IMG/VR virus record: IMGVR_UViG_3300046817_000765
DNA: 64,000 nt
Reading direction: 5' to 3' (one strand)
DNA from: a virus
Positions within the stretch are counted from its first letter, which is position 1, and each line of letters begins with the position of its first letter. The position numbers and the translations under genes are program-made. A model generated the notes under the pieces. That model made no database searches. It worked only from the letters and a program-made list of their open reading frames with translations, and was not told the DNA's origin. Shown here piece after piece: positions 7,186 to 16,803 of this stretch.

Positions 7186-8579
7186 GCGAACTCCAGGAAC
7201 ATACCGGCGTCATCGACCAACCGCCGCCGCGCCATCGCGCAGTAGTCCGCGTTGAGTTCGATTCCGATGGCGTGGCGTCGCAGCCGGTCGGCGGCCAGCG
7301 GCGTGGTGAAGGCACCGGCGAAAGGGTCCAACACCGTGCAAGGCACCACGGCGGCGTCGCAGGCGCAGGACGCGGCCCAGCCGGTGGTCTCTTTGTGGAC
7401 CATTCCCGCGAGGATGCGGGCCTTGACGGCGCTGGCGTCCTGAACACCGTGCGCGGCGTGATCCTTGGTCGATGTGCCATGATACTCGCCCCGCGGGTCG
7501 CCACCGCTGGCGCGCTGATGAGCGAGGTCCGGTTTGCCGCGTTCCACCACCCTGACCCTCGGCGCCTTGCACGACGCGCAGCAGCCGCGCTCGCTGCTCC
7601 CGGCGCGGATGCAGCGTTCGGCCAGTTCGGGAGGGAAGGTAGCGAAGTGGGCGTCGGGGAAACTGTGACTGGCGATGGTCCAGACCGATCGGCAGTTGCG
7701 GGATGAACTACCCGACCAACCAGACGACAGCCCGCTGTTGCCATTGGCCACGGGGCCTCTGGACAAATCCCGTGCCTTGAGTGGCGCCCCGCCAGATGCG
7801 CCTATGGCGACTTCCGCCACCGCCTCGGCGTCCCAGTAATACCGGGCCGACTTCGCCAGCAGGAACACATGCTCGTGCGCCGACGTGGGCCGGTCCGTCA
7901 CGCTCTCCGGCATCGGGTTTGGCTTGGCCCAGATGATGTCGGAGCGCAGCCACCAGCCATCGGCCTGAAGCGCCAGCGCCACGCGGGCCGGGATCATCAG
8001 CAGGTCTTTGGGTTTGGCCTCCCCGATGTCGAAGCGGCGTGGTTCGTAATGCTGGCGTGCCACCGCCGCGAACTTGCTTGCTCTGCCGGCCTCATCCCGG
8101 CCGTCCCGCATCAACCCAGATGATGCGCCACCGCCGCCCCCGCCCTTCATCCCGCTAGCGTACGAGTCACCGAGATTCAAAAACAATACACCATCGGGGC
8201 GCAGCACGCGGCGGACCTCCCTGAACACCGCGACCAGTTCCGCCACATAGGCGTCGGGCGTCTGTTCGAGGCCGATCTGGCTGTCGGTGCGCGTGGCGCC
8301 GCACTTGCCGCAGATGTCGGTGAACGGGAGACCGACGCGCGTTGCCTTCTCACCGACATAGGGCCCGAGATGCTCCCGGCCGTCGAGCCTAAGCGTGCTT
8401 GACGGGGAGACCTTCGTTGCGGCGCGTAGATGCTCACACGCCGCATCCCCGCCCGACCACGTTCCGGTCCCGTAATCCCGCAGCCCGTAGTAGGGCGGCG
8501 ACGTAACGCAGCACTGGACGCTCTCGGCCGGCAGCGTGGCCAAGACGTCGCGGCAGTCGCCTTGGCGGATGTCGATCAC
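7182..8579 (-). CDS. N4-C/N6-A DNA methyltransferase (beta class) with insertions
   Basis: Motif IV 'VTSPPYY', 'IIWAKPNPMPESVTDRPT', motif I 'VLDPFAGAFTT', 'IGIELN'. Confidence 0.92.
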   Translation of the reverse strand: MIDIRQGDCRDVLATLPAESVQCCVTSPPYYGLRDYGTGTWSGGDAACEHLRAATKVSPSSTLRLDGREHLGPYVGEKATRVGLPFTDICGKCGATRTDSQIGLEQTPDAYVAELVAVFREVRRVLRPDGVLFLNLGDSYASGMKGGGGGGASSGLMRDGRDEAGRASKFAAVARQHYEPRRFDIGEAKPKDLLMIPARVALALQADGWWLRSDIIWAKPNPMPESVTDRPTSAHEHVFLLAKSARYYWDAEAVAEVAIGASGGAPLKARDLSRGPVANGNSGLSSGWSGSSSRNCRSVWTIASHSFPDAHFATFPPELAERCIRAGSSERGCCASCKAPRVRVVERGKPDLAHQRASGGDPRGEYHGTSTKDHAAHGVQDASAVKARILAGMVHKETTGWAASCACDAAVVPCTVLDPFAGAFTTPLAADRLRRHAIGIELNADYCAMARRRLVDDAGMFLEFA

Positions 8580-8607
8580 CGGGCCGCCTCTCCGTCCCAG
8601 AGCGTCA

Positions 8608-8883
8608 TCACCCGCGGCCCTTCATTTCGGGCTGGCCCTGGAAGTGCGCGATCATCGCCTTGAACAGCGCGACGATGTCCTGGCGATCGCCGCCGTTGGA
8701 AATGAAGTTGCAGTGCTGGGCTTCACCGAATGGGAACACCAGCAGCACGAACCCGACCTCACGATCGTCGCCGCGCTTCTCGCCGTTGAACATTTGGTCG
8801 AGCGCACCGGCGACGACGTTCATCCGCTCCCGGTATTCCAGGTCGATCGGCGCGTCCCCGAGACGTTGTGGTATCCTCGGCAT
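8608..8883 (-). CDS. hypothetical phage protein
   Basis: 'GFVLLVFPFG...NFISNG.DRQD'; start MPRIPQ at 8883. Confidence 0.65.
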   Translation of the reverse strand: MPRIPQRLGDAPIDLEYRERMNVVAGALDQMFNGEKRGDDREVGFVLLVFPFGEAQHCNFISNGGDRQDIVALFKAMIAHFQGQPEMKGRG

Positions 8884-8885
8884 GA

Positions 8886-9434
8886 TCAGCCTCCCATCTC
8901 CGGCCCGTCCCAGAGCGCGTGCTGTTGGCGGTGCCCGTTCCGTCGCCGGGCGACCCAGGCCCACAGCAGGCAGGCGTCACCGGCGTTGTGGTCCGGCACC
9001 CGCCAGCCCTGCCGGCGGCACCAGAGCACGACGTGGGCCTTGATCGCGTCCGGGCGTCCCGGCGCGCGGGCGAAACCGAGAATCTCGGTGCGCACCAGAT
9101 CGGCCGAGAGTTCACCGACCGGGATCGAGTAGCGGTAGCCGTTGGAGCGGACGAACGCGCGCAGGCCAAGCTGCTGCCAGGCGCTCGCGCGGTTGTTCAT
9201 CGCGGCCAATGGCAGCGGGCTCTCAGCGTAAATGTGGGAGGGCTCGTGGCGCTCTAGCAGCCCGATCAGTTCGTTCTCAAACGCGGCGAACCGGCACCCC
9301 TCGCCGCCCTCGAGCGGCATGTGGATGGTGCCGAACTCCGGCACCTCGGTACCCGGGGGGCCGTAGCACCAGCCGGTCACACGAGCGAGATCGAGGCAAA
9401 GGATGCCCCCCCGGTCCAGACCGGGCCTGTCCAA
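8886..9434 (-). CDS. RuvC-like Holliday junction resolvase
   Basis: 'ILCLDLARVTGW', 'IYAESP', 'DHNAGDACLLW' give the D-E-D acidic pattern. Confidence 0.8.
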   Translation of the reverse strand: MDRPGLDRGGILCLDLARVTGWCYGPPGTEVPEFGTIHMPLEGGEGCRFAAFENELIGLLERHEPSHIYAESPLPLAAMNNRASAWQQLGLRAFVRSNGYRYSIPVGELSADLVRTEILGFARAPGRPDAIKAHVVLWCRRQGWRVPDHNAGDACLLWAWVARRRNGHRQQHALWDGPEMGG

Positions 9435-9443
9435 CCCCCCGGC

Positions 9444-10133
9444 CTAGTTCAGGGCGGCGGGCGGGGTGTCCTCGGCCGGGTGATCGCCACCGTTGGCGGC
9501 GGCCTTCCTGGCCGGCTTCTTCGCCGGGGCTTTGCGCCCGGCCTTCTTCGCGGCGGCGCGGCGCGGCGGCGGGTCGGGCACGATCGACAGATTGGGCTGC
9601 TTCGCGCTCGCCGGCCGCTTGCGCTCGGTGCTGGCGGCGCGGGCGCCCTCGCCCAGCGAGGCGGCGTTCGCGGCCTGGCCCTGCCCCCAGAAGTTGCGCC
9701 ACGTCTGGTGCAGTTCAGATCCTGGCTCGTAGGGGTTGTCGTCGACGGCGACCGCCGCCTTGCCGGCCAGGTAGCCGCGGGTCTCGGCGTCGAACAGCGT
9801 GTCGGTCATCCGCATCTTGTCCGACACCCGCGCGTCCAGCCGGTCGAACAGCGTGCCGAACTGCGGCGCCGTGTCCGGGTAGCGCACCGTCATGACCCTG
9901 ATCCGGTCGATCATCCGTTTCATGCGGTCTTCCGGGTCGAGCCGCGACAGCGCGATCGATTCCAGGATCGCGTCGGTGGGAACGCCATCGCTTTTCGCGC
10001 GTTTGATCATCAGCCGGTGCGCGCTGGACGCCTCGTCCTGCTTGCGCCTGGTCCTGGAAAGCTCGTGGGTGTAGAAGAGGATCGTCTCGTTGGGGACATT
10101 ATCCGCCGGCCCCGGCGTGGGCGACATTGACAT
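9444..10133 (-). CDS. GapR-like/RMF-like fusion with basic tail
   Basis: N-terminal 'RKQDEASSAHRLMIKRAKSDG'; 'RGYLAGK...NPY...W...W.QG' RMF-like motif; PAKK repeats. Confidence 0.5.
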   Translation of the reverse strand: MSMSPTPGPADNVPNETILFYTHELSRTRRKQDEASSAHRLMIKRAKSDGVPTDAILESIALSRLDPEDRMKRMIDRIRVMTVRYPDTAPQFGTLFDRLDARVSDKMRMTDTLFDAETRGYLAGKAAVAVDDNPYEPGSELHQTWRNFWGQGQAANAASLGEGARAASTERKRPASAKQPNLSIVPDPPPRRAAAKKAGRKAPAKKPARKAAANGGDHPAEDTPPAALN

Positions 10134-10249
10134 TTCACAAACTCCCGAGGGCCAGGTTGACCCGGATCACTTGTATTCGGTCGTCATCGTCTTTATCGTC
10201 CGTGCGAGTCGCACGATATCCGCGGCTCAGGCCAGGATTAGCGAGCCAA

Positions 10250-10561
10250 TCAACGCATGACCGACAACCGCTGGGTGGACTTTCGGCCACGCCGCGCCGC
10301 TTCCGCGAGCGCACGATCTCTGTCTCGCCTCTTGCGAGCGATCCCGATCCGGACCGCCGCCATCAGTGTGTCCAGGTTCACGCCCCGGATGCCCAGGGAC
10401 GCGGCGCTGTCGATCATCCCGTCCCATTGCTCGGGGGGGATTTTATCGCGCCTGATCCAGCCCCGGACCGTCGCCTCCGGCACCCCGATCGCGCGGCAGA
10501 AGTCAGCGATAGTGCCCCATCGCCCGATCAGACCGACCGTATCGAGTACGCTACCGGACAT
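10250..10561 (-). CDS. Cro/YdaS-like HTH regulator
   Basis: 'LIGRWGTIADFCRAIGVPEATVRGWIRRDKIP'; divergent from the repressor. Confidence 0.8.
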   Translation of the reverse strand: MSGSVLDTVGLIGRWGTIADFCRAIGVPEATVRGWIRRDKIPPEQWDGMIDSAASLGIRGVNLDTLMAAVRIGIARKRRDRDRALAEAARRGRKSTQRLSVMR

Positions 10562-10570
10562 ACCTTCAAG

Positions 10571-10585
10571 CGTGCATCCTGCACG
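10571..10585. promoter_or_regulatory. putative operator
   Basis: Palindrome CGTGCA-TCC-TGCACG between cro and the repressor; CGTGCATCCTG recurs at 11537. Confidence 0.65.
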
Positions 10586-10615
10586 TTCCCCGGTCAAGCG
10601 GCGCCGGAGAACAAA

Positions 10616-11440
10616 ATGAGCCAGGGCGTCACCCTCGCCACCCCCGCGCCGGGCAGGAAGCCGGCGAAGCGACTGCCACAGGCGGCCAAAAGGCTGCGCA
10701 AAATACGCGTCGAGGCGGGCTTCCGTTACAGCACCGAAGCGGCGGCGGCGATGCGCGTCAACCATATCACCTACAACCAGCACGAACGCGGATCGCGCCC
10801 GCTCACCGTCGCCGCGGCCCGCAAATACGCCGCCTTTTTCAAGGTCTCGGCATCCTGGCTGCTGCACGGCGAGGCCACCTATCCACACGCCATGGTACTG
10901 GTCGTCGGGAGAATTGGCGACGATGGGCGAGTGACCCCGGAACGGTATAGATTTTCCGACGTTCGTGGGGTAAAGCGGACTACTCAGGGAAGTGCCCAGG
11001 AATCACTCGCTTCGATTGATCGCGCCGCGTCGACCGACCTCAAAGAGAAGCAATTCGTTATCGACCTGTTTTCAAGAAAGTATCCGGAGTCCGCTTATAG
11101 CGAGCCGGTCTTGCTGTCGGCCCCGCCCGGCCTGACGATCGCGGAGGTCTCGCACTACGGCGCCATCATCGTCGATACCCACCTGCTCGAGCCGATCTTC
11201 TTCCGCGATGAAACAATCTATTACAAACCCCAGACCTTCGACGCGGCGCGCTATCGCTCGCGGCTGCACAACCGGCGCTGCGTCGTCCTGACCAGCGCGC
11301 CGATGTTGTTCGCTGGCGTGGTCATGATCGCGGACGATCATACGGTCAGCCTGACGGCGACGAATCACCGGCGCGCGGTCGATCTTGGCACCCCGCTGGC
11401 GATCTGGCCGATCGTCGGCGTCGAGTGTCCTGACCTATGA
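10616..11440 (+). CDS. CI-like XRE repressor with degenerate S24-like C-terminus
   Basis: RBS GGAGA; HTH 'RLRKIRVEAGF...YNQHERGSR...FKVSASWLLHGE'. Confidence 0.85.
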   Translation: MSQGVTLATPAPGRKPAKRLPQAAKRLRKIRVEAGFRYSTEAAAAMRVNHITYNQHERGSRPLTVAAARKYAAFFKVSASWLLHGEATYPHAMVLVVGRIGDDGRVTPERYRFSDVRGVKRTTQGSAQESLASIDRAASTDLKEKQFVIDLFSRKYPESAYSEPVLLSAPPGLTIAEVSHYGAIIVDTHLLEPIFFRDETIYYKPQTFDAARYRSRLHNRRCVVLTSAPMLFAGVVMIADDHTVSLTATNHRRAVDLGTPLAIWPIVGVECPDL

Positions 11441-11525
11441 AATCCGCACGCCCGGCGCGGACCCCCACAGCGTAAGGTTTCCGCGAGAAAACAGCGGAAA
11501 CCGCGTGAAATACGTCCTCTGACGC

Positions 11526-11553
11526 TTGCCATGAATCGTGCATCCTGTATCAT
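11526..11553 (+). promoter_or_regulatory. promoter of the recombination operon overlapping an operator copy
   Basis: TTGCCA-16 nt-TATCAT containing CGTGCATCCTG. Confidence 0.6.
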
Positions 11554-11597
11554 TCGCGCGCACGCTTTCCGCAACCGCAAGAAGGACACCTCCACCC

Positions 11598-12779
11598 ATG
11601 TCGCAGCACGCAGAACGCGCCACCAGCGCGCGTACCACCGCGCCCGTCGTCGACCAGCCCGAGCCGGGCATGTTCAAGCTCCGGCTGCACCCCGGCGGCT
11701 GGAACGCGGTCCCGGCCCGCATCGTCCTGACCGACGATCTCTGGTCGGCCGAGATCGACGGCGAACCCGCCGGCATCCCGCACCACGACCCGGCGAAGGC
11801 CGATGGCGTGCTGGCGATCTGGCACGCGCGCAAGACGGAAATCACCGAGAGCGAATACCGATTCCTGACCGGCGCGCTGAAAGAATGGGCGCGCGAGCAT
11901 TACCCCGATCACCCGCTGCTCGATCCCCGCCGCCGCGTCTCGCTCAACGCGTTGCGCCCGATCCCGGCGCGCACCGCGCCGACGGCACCCGAGCCGGTCA
12001 GCGAGGAACCCCTGAACGCGCCCGAGCGGCCACGCCCGATGACCTCGGCGGAAATCCTCTCCTGGCTGGACTACGAGAACGAGGCGCTGGTCAAAGCGAT
12101 CGAGCACGACATCACGCAGCTTCAGGCCGACAAGGGCATCGTGATCGATGACGACGCCGTGCTTGGCAGGATCAGCGCGAACGTCTCCATCGCGAACGCC
12201 CACCTTCGCCAGACCGGCAAAACCAAGGCGATCCAGCAGAAACCCTTCTCCGACGCCAACACCACCGTCCTGCGGTTCTTCCAGGGCCTTTCGGGATCGC
12301 TCGAGACGGCGATCAGCCCGGTCCAGCGCGAGATGAACGCTTACGGCACCCGCAAAGAGGCCGCGCGCCGGGAGGAGGCCGATCGCGCCGCCGCCCGCGC
12401 CCGCGCCGAGGCGGACCGGCTCGCCAGGGAAGCCGAGGCAGCGCTGCGCCACAACGCGCCATTGGCCGTGGCCAAACTGGACGCGGCCAGCACCGCGGCG
12501 AAGGCCGCCGAGAAGGCCGGGTCGTTCGCCACCGGCAAAGCCGCTGACCTCACCCGCAGCCATACCGACTACGGCAGCACCGTCAGCGGCGTCGAGACCT
12601 GGGATTTCCAGGTCGCCGATATATCCGCGGTTCCGTTGCAGTATCTGCAGATCAACGAGACGGAGGTCCGCCGCGCGGTCCGGGTCTACGTCCGCGACAA
12701 CCTGGAAGCGGCCCGCGCGGGCGGCACGCCGATCGCCGGCATCACGGTCCTGCGCTCCATCGCCATGCGGACGAAGTGA
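11598..12779 (+). CDS. coiled-coil phage protein of the recombination module
   Basis: C-terminal 'WDFQVADISAVPLQYLQINE...IAGITV' typical of proteins next to RecT/ERF. Confidence 0.7.
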   Translation: MSQHAERATSARTTAPVVDQPEPGMFKLRLHPGGWNAVPARIVLTDDLWSAEIDGEPAGIPHHDPAKADGVLAIWHARKTEITESEYRFLTGALKEWAREHYPDHPLLDPRRRVSLNALRPIPARTAPTAPEPVSEEPLNAPERPRPMTSAEILSWLDYENEALVKAIEHDITQLQADKGIVIDDDAVLGRISANVSIANAHLRQTGKTKAIQQKPFSDANTTVLRFFQGLSGSLETAISPVQREMNAYGTRKEAARREEADRAAARARAEADRLAREAEAALRHNAPLAVAKLDAASTAAKAAEKAGSFATGKAADLTRSHTDYGSTVSGVETWDFQVADISAVPLQYLQINETEVRRAVRVYVRDNLEAARAGGTPIAGITVLRSIAMRTK

Positions 12780-12979
12780 TGGAGGCGCGCGACTCAGTCG
12801 GGGGGTTCCCGCACATGCTGGGCGACCCCCGCGATACCTACCCCTCGCCCCACGAAGCAGCCGACGCCCTGATCGGCCGGCTGCGCGTGGACGGCTTCAC
12901 CATCATTCTCACCGGAGGCCACGCCTGCCCGCTATGCGGCGGCAGCGGCCTCGATGAACGGGATCAACACCATGTCTGA
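12776..12979 (+). CDS. hypothetical protein
   Basis: Coupled; CPLCGG motif. Confidence 0.5.
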   Translation: MMEARDSVGGFPHMLGDPRDTYPSPHEAADALIGRLRVDGFTIILTGGHACPLCGGSGLDERDQHHV

Positions 12980-14969
12980 GGTCATCGCCCGCAAGCAGGC
13001 ACTCGCCGCCCCGGCCCTCCCCCGCGAGAGTTTCACGCCCATCCGCGAATGCAAAGATCTCGGCCAGCTTTTCTCGTCGGCCGATTTCCGCGAGCGCATC
13101 GTCGCCTCGGTCCCGAAGCACATGACCAGCGACCGAATTCTGAGCGTCGTGCTGCGGGCCCACATGACGAACCCGCTCCTGCTGCGCTGCACCCCGCAGT
13201 CCTTCGCGGGCGCGTGCCTCACCGCCACGAACACCGGGCTGGAGCCGAACAGCCCGCTCGCCGAGGCGCACCTGATCCCGTTCAAGCAGAAGATCAGGGC
13301 CAAGGGCGACCAGCCCGAGCGGGAGGTGGTTCAAATCCAGACCATCTTCGGCTACCAGGGCCTCCTGAAGCTGGCGACCAACACCGGCCGCGTCCTCTCG
13401 GTCAGCGCGAACGTCGTCTACCCGGACTCCGACATCTTCGACTGGATGGAGGGGTCGGAAACGTATCTCCGGTTCAAGCGCGGCGGGCGTCGTGAAAGGC
13501 GCGACGGCGACCAGCCCGGTTACGCCTATTTCCACGGCCGGCTGATGGGCGGCGGCGAGAGCATGGAAGTCTGGCCCTGGGGCGAAGTCCTCAAAATCCG
13601 CAATATGTCGCAGGCGTACCGGCACGCGATCAACGCCCGCGCCCAGGCCGAGGCGAAGAAGTGGCGCGTCCCGCTCACCTACACCGAGGCCCCGTGGGTC
13701 AAATGGGAGGAGCCGATGGCGCGCAAGACCATGATCCGCGCCGGGGTCAAATACCTGCCCAAGAGCGTCGAACTGGCGCTCGCCAGCCGCATCGACGAAC
13801 TCGGCGAGCGGCGCACGATCGACTACAGCCGCGTGATCGACTTGGCGGGCAACGCGGCCGAGCCATCCTACGCCGACGCCGCCGTCACCCTGGGCGAGCA
13901 CCAGCCCGATCCAGACCCCTCCGGCGGCGGCTCCGGGGGCCCAGGGGCCGGCGGCGCTCCCCGCGGCGGCTCAGACCCCGATCCCGACGACGGCCCGGCG
14001 TGGGACGACGACGACCCCGGCTACAGCGGCGGCGGTCCCTCGGGGTCCGCTGGTGGCGCCGCCGTCGGCGCCACCTTCGCCGACCGGCGGCCTGTCGAGA
14101 ATCGCACCGATCAACAAACCCCGACCGGCGGCGCCGAACGTCAACAGGTCCGCTCCCCGTCTTTCGAGGCCTATCTGATCGACCCGGATGGCGAGGTCGA
14201 GGGCGATGTGTTCGTCGACCCGGTGGCGTGGGCGCGGGCGTTCCTCGACCTGGGCCGCGGCGCCTCCCCCGCCCAGATGATGGCGATGCTCGAGCATAAC
14301 GAGGATGCGCTCGCCGAGGCCCGGCAGGCGCCGATCGCCGACCAACTGCTGGCCGTGCGCGACGAGGCGCGCGACCTCCCCTCCCCCTCGCTGATGATCC
14401 TGGGCAAGACGAGGGACGGGAAACCGGACTGGAAGAACTTCGTCGCGGCCTTCAGGGACGTCCTGTTCGGCTGGCGCGGCGACCTGGCCGCGTGGCTCGA
14501 CGTCCAGCGCCACGTCATCACCCAGGCGCCGCTCGCGCAGCGGCTCCTGCTCGTCAAGGCGATCCGCGAGCGCGGCGATCAACTCAAAGCGGGCCTGCCC
14601 GAGTGGGTGCTCGAGATGACCGGCAGACCCGAGCAGAGGGCCGGTCAGGTGTCCGATCAGAGCGGACAACTGGCCGGGCAACACCCGAGCGAGGGGTGGT
14701 CGGACCCCGGACACGACCCGGACGGGGCCGGGCAGCAGGACGAGCAGGGCGAGCAGGGCGAACCGATCTTCCAGACCGCCGACGAGCGGCAGGCATACTT
14801 CCTGGTGCGGATCATCCGCGGCATGACCAACATCGAGGACATCCAGAATCGCGTCAGCGCGCAGCAGCCGCAGGAACTGATGCGCAAGCTGCGCCACGCC
14901 AACCCGGCGCTGTTCGCGTCCACGGAGGCGGCGATCAACGCGCGGATCGAGGAGGTCAAGGGGAAATGA
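12972..14969 (+). CDS. recT: RecT-family single-strand annealing protein with long C-terminal extension
   Basis: 'LLRCTPQSFAGACLTATNTGLEPN...AHLIPF...FGYQGLLKLA...MARKTMIRAGVKYLPKS'. Confidence 0.9.
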   Translation: MSEVIARKQALAAPALPRESFTPIRECKDLGQLFSSADFRERIVASVPKHMTSDRILSVVLRAHMTNPLLLRCTPQSFAGACLTATNTGLEPNSPLAEAHLIPFKQKIRAKGDQPEREVVQIQTIFGYQGLLKLATNTGRVLSVSANVVYPDSDIFDWMEGSETYLRFKRGGRRERRDGDQPGYAYFHGRLMGGGESMEVWPWGEVLKIRNMSQAYRHAINARAQAEAKKWRVPLTYTEAPWVKWEEPMARKTMIRAGVKYLPKSVELALASRIDELGERRTIDYSRVIDLAGNAAEPSYADAAVTLGEHQPDPDPSGGGSGGPGAGGAPRGGSDPDPDDGPAWDDDDPGYSGGGPSGSAGGAAVGATFADRRPVENRTDQQTPTGGAERQQVRSPSFEAYLIDPDGEVEGDVFVDPVAWARAFLDLGRGASPAQMMAMLEHNEDALAEARQAPIADQLLAVRDEARDLPSPSLMILGKTRDGKPDWKNFVAAFRDVLFGWRGDLAAWLDVQRHVITQAPLAQRLLLVKAIRERGDQLKAGLPEWVLEMTGRPEQRAGQVSDQSGQLAGQHPSEGWSDPGHDPDGAGQQDEQGEQGEPIFQTADERQAYFLVRIIRGMTNIEDIQNRVSAQQPQELMRKLRHANPALFASTEAAINARIEEVKGK

Positions 14970-15637
14970 GCGGACTGCCCGGCTTCGGCGACATGCTCGC
15001 CGAGGCCGACCGCGCCAACCAGAAGCGCCGCCAGGACCGCGAGGCGGCGCACCTCCCCGACACCTGGGACGAGGGCATCGCCCTCCACCGCCAACAGATC
15101 GCGGCCTATGACAAGGCCATCCGGGCGGGCGACTGGCGCCTCGCCAACGCGATCAGCCAGGAGGCCGACAAGCTGGCGGTCAAGCTGAACGGCGGCGACA
15201 CCGGCATCCTCGCCGACAAGGAAACTTCCGCTGGCTACGTCCTGGCGCGGCGCTGCGCGGCCCCCGCTGGCACCGTCCCCCTCTGGGGCCAGAGCGGCGC
15301 GTTCCAGGTCACCGTCACCGCCCAGGATATACCGGTCGCGATCAAGTTCGACGGTCTGTTCGGCCTCGGCACCGACGGGTTCGAGGCCCGCGTGGTGGAC
15401 AAGGATCGGCCGTTCATCTCGCCCACCGGGTTCCGCTCGTTTCTCAGCAATGTCCCGGTCGGCCGGGAGGTCGGTGTCGATCGGTACATCATCGGCGTGA
15501 TCGAGGACCATGTAGCCCACGAACTGAAGAACCGACTTGTCATGGTCCGCCCGCCCGAGCAATTGTACGATCCGCCGCCGAAGGCCCCCAGGGAGAAGCG
15601 ACCCAGGAAGGCCGCCCCGGCGGCTGAGCGAGGATGA
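14966..15637 (+). CDS. conserved hypothetical mobile-element protein
   Basis: ATGA overlap with recT; 'LNGGDTGILAD...GTVPLWGQ...RPFISPTGFRSF'. Confidence 0.7.
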   Translation: MSGLPGFGDMLAEADRANQKRRQDREAAHLPDTWDEGIALHRQQIAAYDKAIRAGDWRLANAISQEADKLAVKLNGGDTGILADKETSAGYVLARRCAAPAGTVPLWGQSGAFQVTVTAQDIPVAIKFDGLFGLGTDGFEARVVDKDRPFISPTGFRSFLSNVPVGREVGVDRYIIGVIEDHVAHELKNRLVMVRPPEQLYDPPPKAPREKRPRKAAPAAERG

Positions 15638-15848
15638 CACACGATGCTTCAAAGCCGCGGCGGCATGGGCATGCACAAGCACGGGATCAGCGGCCACCCG
15701 ACCCGCCCCCCAGGCTACAAGCTGGGGCGCACCCGCGAGGCGAACGCGGCGGCGGCGGCGGACCGCGCGAGACGCCCGGTCACGCCGATGTATCCGACCC
15801 TGCGAGACCTGATGGACGCGTACCGGCGCCGGTAGCCGAGACCCGCCG

Positions 15849-16091
15849 ATGACCGATGACGACGACGACGAGGTCTACTTCACGGAGGACGACCTCTGGG
15901 CCTGGGTCGCGGCCGCGATCCTGGTCGTGCGCGACAAGCTCACGCCGCCGGAGGACGGCTCGTGGGTCGAGTGGTTCCACGAGACGGTCGAGCCCGTCCG
16001 CGCCGCCGCCCTGCTCGCCGAGGTCCGCGCGATGCCGCCGGATGAGCGCGGCATGTATATCGCCGCGGCGAATGGCGACCACGACGCCTGA
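15849..16091 (+). CDS. hypothetical protein
   Basis: 80 aa, acidic N-terminus. Confidence 0.55.
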   Translation: MTDDDDDEVYFTEDDLWAWVAAAILVVRDKLTPPEDGSWVEWFHETVEPVRAAALLAEVRAMPPDERGMYIAAANGDHDA

Positions 16092-16122
16092 AAACGGACC
16101 AGATCCACTGAGCCCCGAAACG

Positions 16123-16153
16123 AAAAAAAGCCCCGGACCGCGATGGCCGGGGC
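16123..16153 (-). terminator. intrinsic terminator
   Basis: GCCCCGG/CCGGGGC stem followed on the minus strand by T7. Confidence 0.7.
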
Positions 16154-16209
16154 TCTCAGTTTGCCGCTTCTGACGCGGCGAGTAACAGTGTATTCCAACG
16201 CTCGAGATA

Positions 16210-16761
16210 ATGACAGGTCCAACGCCCGAGTCCACCCCGGAGTCCACCTCTGGGTGGCTGACCTACGCCGAGGCCGCCGAACGCCTCGGCAGCACCCCGG
16301 AGGCTGTCCGCACCCGGTCCAGGCGGGAGAACTGGCCGAAGCAGCGTCCCAACGTCGGCGGCGGGCTGGCCCGCGTCATACCACCGTCGGAACTACTGAC
16401 CACCTGTGCCCGGCCCGTGCCCGACTGGCTGCGCGCCTCTGCCCGACCGGCCGGGCGACACCCGGTCGAGACCCGAGCAGACCCCGAGCAAGACCCGGTC
16501 GAGACCCGAGCAACACCCGAGCAACCCCCGAGCGAGGCCCGGTCTGGGGTGGACTCGGAGGTCATCGCCATGCGACGCCACATCGCCGACCTTCGCCTCG
16601 CCCTGGAGCGGGCCGACGAGCGGGCGGCCGAGCGGCAGGCCCAGGACGGGGCCACGATCCGATTTCTGCAATCCCAGGTCGAACGCATGCAGGCGGCCGA
16701 GGCGGCCCCGCCACCGGCCCCCACGGGCGCGCCACGGCGGCGCTGGTGGCGGCGGCGCTGA
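16210..16761 (+). CDS. HTH DNA-binding protein with coiled coil
   Basis: 'WLTYAEAAERLGSTPEAVRTRSRRENW'; C-terminal RRRWWRRR; internal 20-bp direct repeat at 16460 and 16493. Confidence 0.7.
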   Translation: MTGPTPESTPESTSGWLTYAEAAERLGSTPEAVRTRSRRENWPKQRPNVGGGLARVIPPSELLTTCARPVPDWLRASARPAGRHPVETRADPEQDPVETRATPEQPPSEARSGVDSEVIAMRRHIADLRLALERADERAAERQAQDGATIRFLQSQVERMQAAEAAPPPAPTGAPRRRWWRRR

Positions 16762-16803
16762 AAGGGTAGGGGAGGGGGCCACACCGGACAGGAGGACCAA
16801 CGG

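Noticed and set aside
10127-10615. N-terminal 163 aa of the repressor ORF in the track
   Set aside because: Overlaps cro on the other strand; RBS and HTH support ATG 10616.
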